A DNA stretch of 64,000 bases from Psammoneis japonica. Taxonomy: Eukaryota. The stretch spans positions 1 to 64,000 of the forward strand of contig QPGO01000203.1 in the NCBI GenBank assembly GCA_008632985.1, in the 5' to 3' direction. Shown piece by piece: positions 23,683 to 34,329 of the stretch. Under the pieces are notes generated by a model. The model was not told the DNA's origin and did no database searches. It saw only the letters and a list, made by a program, of their open reading frames with translations. How positions within the stretch are numbered: the first letter of the stretch is position 1; each line of letters begins with the position of its first letter. A program made the position numbers and the translations under genes.

Positions 23683-26600
23683 TCACACCAGCTCAGTGCA
23701 CAGTGAATTCACTTCACACGTTTTTTCACAATGACTTCCAACGATGCTACGATGCCTTCCTTTGAACTCACCGGACAGTGGGAAACTCTGAAATGCTTCA
23801 AGGGCCCTGCTGAGAAGTTTGAAGTTTGAGACATCCCAAATGACATCCACAGTGGAGCGCACGAAAAGAAAGTGACATCTTTCAGTGGCGAGTGTGGAGA
23901 TGACAGTTGACCCCCATTTCTCATGTGATTTCTTCTTGAGACAGGTGCAGCAGATCTTTGACTGCAAGCCCTGCAAAGCAGGCCCGCCCAAGTTCAGCGT
24001 CTTTTCTGCTTGCCTCGTCGGTGCAGCGAAGACCAACTGGGAGCAAGCACATCAGGAATTTGAAGATCCGGCACTGGAGACAGAAGACATGTTCCAAGCC
24101 ATCCTTGAGACATTCAAGTCATGTCACTTTGAGAGCAACATGCCTTGATGTGACCAGATTGAGCATCTGAAGACCGTCAAGAAACCATCCAGAGCAATGT
24201 GTGAACAGCTCATCTTGGCGACAGATGGCATGACAACTGACCTTCAGCAGTTTCCGCTGGACGTCGACACCAAAGGTGAGGCGCTAGACACGCAGCCCAC
24301 TTTGACAGACAATGATTGTGTCAACATGCTCATCAAGAGCGCACCGTAAGCCTGGCATGACAAACTCATGGCTGACGGCATGAACCCTTGAGAACTTGCC
24401 AAAAAGGACTTGAAAGAGCAATTCCACTGCATGGAAAGGGCGGAGAAGCGCAAGGACAGATGCAACAAGCATTCCAACGATCGCCGTCATGGAAGCGACG
24501 ACCACGACAATGAGAAGAATGACCACAAGGCATCTCACAAGGGAATGTCTGGATGCAAGATTCCCTGGAAACCCAAGTGCTGCAACTTTTGCAAAAAGTC
24601 CAGGCACAATGACCAGGAGTGCAGTCACCCAGGACATCCACATCATGAGAAAGTGTCCTTCAAACGTGATGACCGAGACAAACACGACCGCCGCGATGAG
24701 GATTGGAGTGACCGTTGCCGCAAGCGCAACTGTCACATCTCCGACGACAAATCGGATCGATCATGCTGCTCCTTGAGCGATGAATCCTCAGACTGCAATG
24801 TGACGGACGAGCACGCAAGATCCGCCGTTCTGAGAAACAAAACAGAAAATGTGAGTCCAGCAGCGAACAATCTGATGACTGCTGGTTCAACTGCTTGCAA
24901 GACAAAACAGATCACGTGAAAGTGGAGCGTGGGAATGCCGCTGTCACGAGAATTTTTTTACATCCAATCAGGCCAATTGGCGCCAAAATTGCAAAGAAAA
25001 AGCACAAAACGGCAGCATCAGCAGCAACTGCACTGCCAGAGGACGACTCTGTTGCTGGGTCAAGTGCTCCAACATTGTTGGATTCTGGGAGTTCTGCTTC
25101 CCTGATCCACCAATCTCAAGCACCAAGGAGATTTTGGCAGAAAGTCAAATCTGCCAGTTTCAACGCCAAAACCGGCGAGTTCACATGTCATTGTAGAGTC
25201 GCACATGACATTGCTTTGCCAGAACTGTCAACATCAAAGACCCCCCGATGGTCTTTTTGTGCTGACGAGACCAAGGACAAGACTCATGGCTCAATTCTCG
25301 GAAGCAACTGTCTGGAAGAACTTGAGATTCATTTATCGCATTCATCCAAAACTGTTCAGTGGGGTGATTCATGGGCTCCTGTGCAAAGCCATGATGAAAT
25401 GAAGCCTGGCTCAGAAGCCAAAGAAGCATTCTGGCAGATGCAGTCAGACGAGAACGACATCCACGTGAGCAAAATTTTAAAAGATGCCACTTTGCGCGCG
25501 ACCAAAATCCTGGGTGCTAAATGTGAAAAAGCAGATCTGGACAAGAGAGTTGACGAGTGCTCTGCACTCGATGGAAAACAAAGAAAAAACTGTTGAAAGT
25601 GCCAAAAAGCCATGGGACGCTCTTTGACGGCACTCCACTCAAGTTCGACTGTGAACCAGCCAACTTGCACATGAAACCGGGCAAAGACATGCTGTTTCAC
25701 GTGAAACAAGCATTCAGCGTGCCTCAAATTCACAAGGACACTCTGCCAAAAGAGCTCCAAAGATTGGAATCTGTCGGAGTTCTCAAGAGGAACAACAGCA
25801 GCAGACATGCCCACCCTGCTTTCATTGTCCCCAAGAAAAATGGTGCAGCCCGCTTCATTTCTGACTTCAGAAAATTGAGTGCAAGACTGAGACGCAAACC
25901 ATGTCCACGCCTCCGACAATGCAAGAGCCGCCACAAAACCCACAAGGGTTCAAGCATGCTGCTTCTTTAGACCCAAACATGGGTCGCCATGCTGTCAGGC
26001 TCACACCTCAAGCACAAGAGATGTGTGCTGTTGCCCCGCGGGGGAAGCGCAGCTGTCAATGCCTGCCAATGGGAGCAGCACCGGTGTCAGATTTTTTTCA
26101 ACTGAAAATGATGCAGCTGATGCAAGGAATGGAGGACCTCATTCACACTCACCCAGATGACCTCCTTCTGATGGGCCAGGGCTCCTTTGAAGAGCACCTC
26201 AACCAACTCCAACAAGTCTTGGACCAGCTGCAACAAGCCGGGCTCAAATTCAACACTGCAAGATCAAAATTCTTTGCCGCCGAGATCAAACACCTTGGTT
26301 TCTGGCTGACTGGGGAAGGCACAAAACCTGCAAAAGAGAAAGCAAAAGCAACAGATGAGATCAAGCGACAAGAAACACAAAAAAACTTCACCGATTCATC
26401 GGCACAGTCAATTTTTATCGCAACATGTGGCGATCACGATCACACTCACTCGCACCACTGTCAGAGCTGACATCCAGCAAGAAAAAGAAAAAGCTGAACT
26501 GGCTCCCAACACATGAGAGAGCCTTTCAAGCAGCAAAAGACGTGCTGAAGCAGGACGTTGTGCTTGCGCACCCTGACTTCTCCAAAAAATTCACCACTCA

Positions 26601-27594
26601 TGTCGACGCGAGTGATTTTCAACTCAGCACCATCATGTCCCAAGAGGGCAAGCCGATTGCTTGTCTCAGCAGAAAGCTGAACAAAGCCCAAAGAAACTGT
26701 GCTGCTGCTGAAAGAGAACTGCTCTCCATTGCAGAGTGTCTGCGACAGTGCAGAAACATCTTGTCATGACACGAAATTGAAATTTTTGCAGATCATGTCA
26801 ACCTCACTTACAAAACGGTGTCATCAGTGCGTGTGCATCGCTGGCGCCCATTTGTGGAAGAGTTCGGACCCACCTTGACGTTTGTGAAGGGAGAGGAAAA
26901 TGTTGCGGCCAACGCACTGAGCCGGCTGGACAAGAAGAAACCAGCTGAGACAGTTGAAGGCCTTGATGGCAGCGTGCACCAAAAATCCAAGCAGCCGGAG
27001 CAAACTGCGCAATCTGAGCAGCTCTTTGTCCAAACCCGAACTCAAAAGAAGAGAAAACTGACTGTGAAAGCCAAAGCCCTTGCAGATGAGGCTCTGCCGC
27101 AATCCCAGTCAGCCCACAAATGCAGGCGCCTGGAGAAAAAAGAGGAGACAACTCCCGCTGATGGCTCACCCATCAGCCACAAGACAATCGCAAAATGTCA
27201 ATGGAAAGATGCAAAAACATGTGAGAAGCCAGAAACAGACAGCAATTGCACGGTCAGAAAAGTGGGCGAGAACAACGTCATGTTTTTCAACGGCAACCAA
27301 ATGCCGATGCCGTGACCACTCAGAAAACCAATCGTGGATTGGCGCTGTGTGAATCTCTGCCATCCTGGAACGGGTCAGACAGAAGAAACAATGCGAAGAA
27401 ATTTTACATGGAAGAACACATGCGAAGAAGTACAAGACCGTGTGACACATTGCGGTGAGTGTCAACGGCTCAAGAAAAACACAAAGAAATGTGGCCATCT
27501 TCCTGCCAAAGCAGCAGAACATCATCCATGGTGCAAATTGTGCACAGATCTCATCAGTCCTCACAAAGTGTGGACCATTGATGGCAAAAGACGG

Positions 27595-27973
27595 GCTCCA
27601 GAGCTGGGTGGGACTTTTTGTGACATTGGGCCCGCAGAATTCTACATGCAAGCTCCGCATTATGAGGGTTCAATTGATGGCCATTTTTGTCTTCAACATC
27701 AAATGAACGACCAAGTTTGTGGTGCAATTGTGGCCATTGCCGCTTGACGTTTTTGCAAATGCGCCTGCCCCGCACAATTCTCAAGACATTTGAGAATCGC
27801 GCCACAAAAAAAATGTCAAAAGTTGTTGGACGGATCGCTCAACAAGTGCACCACAAAATGATGCAAAATTTTAGAAAAGTCACGTGCCTTTCCATGTGCG
27901 CGACATGCGGCGCGATCCAAAAAACCATCGATGTCACAGTTCAGCAGTGCGAGGTCCCACCCAGAGCTGGAGC
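27595..27973. mobile_element. MITE inserted in the gypsy integrase
   Basis: Imperfect TIRs GCTCCAG..TGGGTGGGAC / GTCCCACCCA..CTGGAGC. It interrupts the integrase between IDGKR and IKIHELKALTM, and is related to 51452-51840. Confidence 0.8.
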
Positions 27974-28749
27974 GCATCAAAATTCACGAGCTAAAAGCCC
28001 TCACCATGACAGACCCAGCTGCGTCATGGTTCGAAATCAAAGAAATGTCCGATGCTGGTGGCGAGACGGCAGCATTGACAGTCAACCAAGAATGGCTCTG
28101 TCGCTGTCCCTGTCCTTGTCAGATCACTTGTGATCAGGGTGGTGAGTTTGCAGGCCAAGAATTCCAAGAGCTTTTGCAGTCTTGTGGGATCAAAGCAACA
28201 GCAGCTTCTGGCCGCAACCCGCAGGCAAGTGGCATCATTGAGCACACTCACCTTGCTCTGCACAATGTGCTCCGCACATTTGACTTGCAAATGCAGGCGC
28301 TAGATCCAACTGATCCTTGGTCTGGCCATTTGGTCAATGTGGCCCATGCAACAAAAGAAGCACCTGCCACACCACACTCCAAGCCACTCCAGCAGAACTG
28401 GTCTTTGGACGTGATGTGATTTTTGACAGAAAACCCAGCGCCAATTGGGGCCAGATCCGGCGGCGAAAGCAACGTCTGATCAACCTCAACAACAAGCACA
28501 AAAACCAAAAATGAATCGCCCATCAACGCCGAGTGGGCGACTGTGTGCCATGTGAATGACGCTCCGGACACAAGCACGAAGGGCATCGCGACGGCCCGTG
28601 CGATGTCATCGAAGTCTGCTCCAGCGGCGTGGCGCGGATCCAAGCTGGTCGCAGGATCAAAGAATGAGCTTAACACCCATCTCTTTTGCATCCTTGCAAC
28701 TTGCTTGCAAAACCCGCCATTGACCTTGCCATGCCCTTGGGGAAGCGAG

Positions 28750-28904
28750 TGCAGCGCGCCTCCCTAAGATCCACAATTTGCACTTGCAGATGTCTTCTGA
28801 TGTCGCTCATCCGATGATGTAAAAGCGATGAGTCAGATCTGTTCTCTAGAAGATCGATGAGTGGTCTAACCACAAAGCTCACTTTTTCTCATCAACTGAT
28901 TCAC
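28750..28904 (+). repeat. 3' LTR
   Basis: Direct repeat of 23528-23682, preceded by the polypurine tract. Confidence 0.9.
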
Positions 28905-29369
28905 GTTTGCACGGTGAGCGCAGAACGCTTCGGTGTGTTTTTTCCATGTTTGCGTCATAAGTGATTAAAATGTCATTTATTTTTCATGCTTTTTGCAAAT
29001 GCATGTCGAAAACACAAGGGATTTGCCACCCTTGACAGCATGTGGCGAACAATGTGTTCAACGACAACCAGTTTCCGTTGAATGTTCAACAAAATGTTCA
29101 AGTCTTGATTGAAATATAATGCACATGACTGCTCCCGCCACATTTTCAATGACGAAGTTGTGAGCCATTGTCCATCATTGTCCCAATGTAAGTCAAAGTC
29201 CCAATTTTTTTTCTTTTTTCTCATGTCGCACCACGCCGCCCCCAGAGGTGCATAAATCGTCTGTTGTCGTTCGCACACGCGCATTCGCACACTCAGCGCG
29301 CGCACGAACGACAAAACGATGAGGTGGATCACGCTGGTACTTCCGCCTGTCACGATGTGCTGTACCTGA

Positions 29370-31183
29370 GGGCCCGGGATAACGAAGCGCGCATTTGCGC
29401 CCGCGGGCAAAAAGCGCCCTGCCGGGCGGAAGGCACCCGGAAAACCGCGCCCTGCTGGGCACTTCTCTTGTTCGCAGGGCGCCCGGCAAGTGATGAGTGC
29501 CCACAAGACGTACAATCCTACGTGCTTTGGTAGCACTTTGACAGCGACTCCTCCCTCCAACCGTTTCTCACATCAAAAAACACACAAGCACCATGAGCAG
29601 CTCTATGAATACTACTCCCGCCCCTTCCAGCGGCAAGACAACGCCTACTCTCAGTACGGAAGAGCTACTTGCTTCGTCTAGTGATGAAGACAATGGTGCC
29701 ATCGGTCTGACGTCTTCTCGAAAAGCGCCTATTGCCGGCACAAGCGATACGAGTGGTGTCGACGGCGCTACTGTTGTCACCAAGGTCGTCGCACCCTATT
29801 CGAGCTTTCAGAGGCTCGGACCCTAGTAAGTTTTCAAGTGACATTACGTGGAAAAAGTCAGAGGATATTTTAAAGTCGTGTGTGAAGGAATATGAGTATG
29901 CATTCAAGAACTGGAAACTATCTGGGAAGCATGGAGAGTTTGGAGATCCAGACGATGAATCAGGCAGGGAGTCGGCGAAGCCTTTCTCGGACTTTATTAA
30001 CAACAGCAGCTACTTGTTGTATTTTCACGAGTTTGTTTTTTGGTTTCCTGGTATCTTTGAGAAACCAACCGGTGAGTATTATTGTTCTGTCTGAATTGCT
30101 CTTTCATATTTCTTCAATCAAAATCTAACTCGTCATGCGTCCTCAAATTGTATATTCGGTTCATTTTCTTGAAAGGTGAACTTCCGGAAGGATCATACAG
30201 CGAATCTGTTGCTTGCCAATTGCCTAAATCGAGTGCCAACAATGGTAGCAATACCAAGAAGCCTCGAAAGGCATCAAACAAGGCATCCAAGGATAGAGCG
30301 TGGCGTGACTTCAACGAATCCGATGCCGACTCTGGCGGTTTGTATGACGCACCCGACTCGCAAGAATCTACATTTCTAGAAATCTACCAGACCCAAATAG
30401 AAATCGAAAACAAGAAAGAGCAGCGTGCGTATTTCAATCGCCAGCTCAAAGAGTTTCACGACAAAAAAGCGTAGCATAGATACAATACGAATCATAGCAT
30501 ATATTGACGACTAGGCCCTAGTAGATTCAGTTCCCCTAGTCCATCAGAATGTAAACTACATAGATATAATATTACATGTACAACTATACTCAAAATCAAA
30601 ACCAAAAATATGAAATTATTATCGGGTTGATTGGATTGACTTTGAGTTCATATTGTCTGAGAGTAATCTACATACTAGTAATTGTTGTAATAGCTTTCGT
30701 GATTTTGCAAGTTTACTGTCGCATCCTCGCATAGAGTATCGACTAAAATGCAAAATGTCTCTTCCTCCATGTGGTACCGGTTCTCGAATTCATTGGTATG
30801 ACGGAGCATTCGACGTGGTCGTCTCACAATTCCATTTCACCCGCTTGAACTGATATATGTGCTCTATCTCCTCATCATTATCATGACCTTCCCTGATGAG
30901 GGCTTTGATTACTCCCTTGCTTAACTTCGTGTTGGTCCTGCGTTTGATACAACAGAACAACAGAGCTTGTTCACAAAAAGCGGTTTCGTGGCTTTATTTT
31001 ATGAGCGTTTGCCTGCCGTAGTCGTTAGTGCCACGTCATCTCAACGGGCGGTGGCGGCGGGCGGCGGGCGCCAATGCGCGTTGAGGCTTGATATCTTCGC
31101 GATGTCGGGCGCCCTGCCCGGCGATCGGCTGCAGGGCACTTTGCTGCCCCGGGGCGCGGATGCGCGCTTGTTATCCCGGCGTC
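29370..31183. mobile_element. PIF/Harbinger-like deletion derivative with TGA target duplication
   Basis: ~55-bp GC-rich TIRs (CCGGGATAAC.AAGCGCGCAT..GCGCCC..AAAG.GCCCTGC); TGA at 29367-29369 and 31184-31186; internal ORF remnant. Confidence 0.75.
29593..30474 (+). pseudogene. Accessory ORF remnant of the Harbinger-like element; frame break near 29800; intron 30072-30175
   Basis: FKNWKLSGKH..FSDFINNSSYLLYFH segment; the GTGAGT..AAAG intron restores PTGELPEG. Confidence 0.55.
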
Positions 31184-31889
31184 TGAGAGAATTTTTGTGG
31201 GGTTCATCACCGCGACGCAACGCACAACAACCGACAAGTTTGCGTTCATATTCTGCCACAACCGACAACACAATCACTTGTGCTGACATCATATGCTCAA
31301 TGCAACATGCCAAGGTCACAGTTGCTGGCATGTGATCTGTGCCAATGGCATTGGAGTGATTCCGAATGCCATTGCAAAGAGATTGCTCAGTGCTGAATCG
31401 CCACCAAGACTGCGCATCCGCTGTTGGCTTATTACAGAGTTCCATGCGGGAAAAAGGGATCGACCATTGCTTTGAGAGCATTATTTATTCACTTGGTTGG
31501 ACAGGGCTTCAAAGGAAAAGGTGAAATGGTTATTACAAGGCTCCATTTTCACCTGAAGTTGATGGAGAGGAATGTAATTATAAGTCCATACGTCATGCTA
31601 CCAAGGACGGAGCTCATATCGAGTTGGATCCTTTACGTGGCACTAGGAGCATTTCAATGAAACTGTGATCTCCATTCCCACTTCTACTTCTAGCCTTGAG
31701 CACCTAGAAGAAACAGATTTCTAGTAGAATAGACTGTGTTGCAATAAAATAAGAATGCTTGACGACTCTACCGTATCTATATACCCGGCCTATTGTTTTG
31801 CGTTTGAGAAAAGGGAAACCCAACAATGCCATCACTCAAAACTGGGTTACTTCTGGGATTCTGACTATCAAGCCATTGCTAAAGGTAAT

Positions 31890-32215
31890 CATAAGCATAG
31901 ATGCTGAATAAAGCAAGGTCGCCTTCTTTACGGCTACGAACCGTGAGCTTGCCGGACTCCACTATTTTCACACCTACGACAGCCGTGATTGGAATGCGTT
32001 GCTGTTCTGGTCGCATTGAAAGCACAATGTCATACTGGTCAAAACCAAAGCAAGAAAGAATCGTTACGGTCAAGTCTAGTTCTTGAACAATCTTGTCTTG
32101 TACTCTAGCTCGTCTTGTGTAAAACCACGGACGCGCATCAGCACATGCAAGGTACCCGACCTCTCGCTTCTTGCACACAGAACAGCAAGAGTTTGAGAGG
32201 TAAGCGTTATTTCCA
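31890..32215 (-). pseudogene. thrS: Threonyl-tRNA synthetase fragments, internally deleted
   Basis: ERSGTLHVLMRVRGFTQDE (motif 2), LSMRPE (cf. LSTRPE) and IPITAVVG....SGKLTVRSRKEGDL (anticodon-binding domain), in different frames with large gaps. Confidence 0.85.
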
Positions 32216-32419
32216 GAGAAGTAGAACATTCAACACGAAAGCACAACATGAGAACTGAACCTACCAGTAGACTGTTCCGAGTTCCGCCCATCGAAAGGGG
32301 GGATCTAGATAGGATTTAAGCTGATCCTTGTACTACATCAGACAATGGAAGGGACAGTTCATAGATTTGACTGCATTCCTTATTGGTAACATTGCTTCAA
32401 GATCTGGCTATCCAAACAT

Positions 32420-33600
32420 TGCCATACCTAGCTCATCCATAATGTTGATACAAAACTGCGGACACCGACGCAACACCACGAATGCACGCACAACAGCCCA
32501 TCAAGCTAAAAGGTCCGTTGACATTCCCATGGCCAAGGCACAAGCAGTAGACAATGGAGTTCGTGAGAATATTTCTTCGACATGTTGCTGTCCAAGCCAT
32601 AAACTGCACAAAGCGGAGAACGTGGGTGTATGATAAGTTGTACCGTCTTAAATCTCCCGAACAATAGATGCATCCAAATCAATTCGGATTTGATAAACTG
32701 ACAGACAGTTCCTGTGGTGATGTTACGAGAAACAGATAGTTCCTGTGGTAATGGTACAAGAAACAGACAACACAGTCCATGAGAGCATTGCTTTGACATG
32801 CAGTCACAGAAACCAAACTTACAAAGCGGAACATACTAGCTCATAAGGAATGCGTACCGCTTTGAACCACCAAAACAATAGATGAAGGAGAGTAATAGAC
32901 AATGGTTCACAGTTGAATCTTGCCTTTCTGTTCATACCCAGCTCATCCGTAATGACTGTACAAAACTGTGGACCCCGATGTGCTCTATCACGCATGCATG
33001 CACGACAGCCCGTGAAGCGTCAACTAAGTCCATTGACAATTCCTGTGGCATTGGCACAAGAAATAGACAAAAGAGTCCATGAGAGTGTTTATTCGATATG
33101 TAGCTATCCAAACCATAAACTGCACAATGCGGAGAATACGTGTTCATAAGAAATGCGTACCGTTTTGATTCTCCAAAAAATAGATGCAAGCAAATCAATT
33201 CAGATTGGATACGAATTGATTTATATCTCCTGTGACATTGGCACAAGATATAGACAATAGAGTCCGTGAGAGTATATGTTCGATATGTAGCAATCCAAGC
33301 CGTGAACCATGTAGCAGCTAATACGAGCGCATAAAAACTGCCTACCATTATCTTGCTTCGCCAAAACAATACTTGCAGCCAACCCAATTCAGATGCGATC
33401 AACTAACAGATACTTCCTGTGGTAATGGCACAATAAACAGATAATAGATTAGATGAGAGTATTGCTTTGATATCTATCCCAACCACAAACTGTAAAAACA
33501 GGAAAAATACAAGCTCGTGAAAATTGCGTACCGTTTTGTATCACCAAAATTAGACATGCAACCAAACCTATTCGGAGCGATCAACTCACAGTTATGATAC
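32420..33600. repeat. Degenerate array of a ~190-300 bp unit, about 5 copies
   Basis: CCTGTGG..ATGG.ACAAGAAA.AGACAA...AGTCC.TGAGAG...GCGTACCG.TTTG recurs at about 32530, 32740, 33040, 33230 and 33415. Confidence 0.75.
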
Positions 33601-34329
33601 TGCCGGACCCTTTTGATGTGTTGTCATGTAGGACATGTCTGATGCTGAGAACGCATAATTACCGGGGAAATTGCATCCGGAGAGACGCCAATGCCGAAAC
33701 ACCTGACGGCAAACGCAAAGAAAAAAACACTGAGGCTGTAAGTCTAAATTGTACATTTTCTCCATTACCCACAGTGCTACTGAACTTTACTTACCATCAT
33801 AAATGAAGAAGACAATGTAAATGAAAAAGGAAGCATTGGGTCGAGGTGTTACTGCTCTGCTTTCCAAAGAGAGCTGTCTGAAGTGCTGTTGATGTATCGT
33901 GTTGTTGTGTGTGTTTTTGGCGAGCGAATCGTTTTTCGCCCCACAAAATTTCTCTCAGGTACAGCACATCGTGACAAATCTTCAGTGGACGATCTACGCG
34001 CGTGAGCCACCTCATCGTTTTGTCGTTCGTGCGTTGCACGCGGGCGACAACAGACGATTTATGCACCTCTGGCCGCCCCTCCCCCTGTATTGTTGAGCAA
34101 AGTGATTTGACAACCGTATCTTACTGGCTGTACCACGTTCAGACGCTCCAAATACATAGCATCACGTCGTCACGTCTGCTCTTGGCGCCGTTCACGCGTC
34201 GTCAATCTCAATTGACTCATCCAGATCAAGTTGTCGACGGTCATTGTCCACACCCATGAACGACAGTTGCGATCAGCACAGCGTTCGATAGTCTTTCCGT
34301 TTCCTGATTGACTACCGAGTACCAACAAA

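Larger units (their letters stand above)
23528..28904 (+). mobile_element. Full-length but inactivated Ty3/gypsy LTR retrotransposon (gag-PR-RT-RH-IN)
   Basis: PR LLDSGSSASLI. RT PAFIVPKKNG..RFISDFRKL and HPDDLL (cf. YLDD). RH HVDASDFQL, ERELLSI, GEENVAANALSRL. IN HPG..C..CQ, DQGGEF, NPQASGIIE. Paired LTRs, polypurine tract GGGGAAGCGAG before the 3' LTR, and GTTTG on both flanks. Confidence 0.95.
29243..34089. mobile_element. Non-autonomous DNA element with long imperfect TIRs; left TIR split by a nested insertion
   Basis: 29243-29369 plus 31184-~31235 is the reverse complement of ~33900-34073 (CAGAGGTGCATAAATCGTCTGTTGTCG; GCACGAACGACAAAACGATGAGGTGG; TGTCACGATGTGCTGTACCTGAGAGA). The right end reads CCCCTCCCCCTGTA. 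Confidence 0.8.

Noticed and set aside
23528..28904. ADAR or APOBEC editing of retroelement RNA/cDNA as the cause of the mutations
   Set aside because: A>G and T>C occur on the same strand, the LTRs differ independently, and a DNA transposon and a host-gene copy are equally affected
21600..28920. Classical fungal RIP
   Set aside because: RIP converts CpA to TpA and raises TA content; here TA is lost and CA/TG is gained
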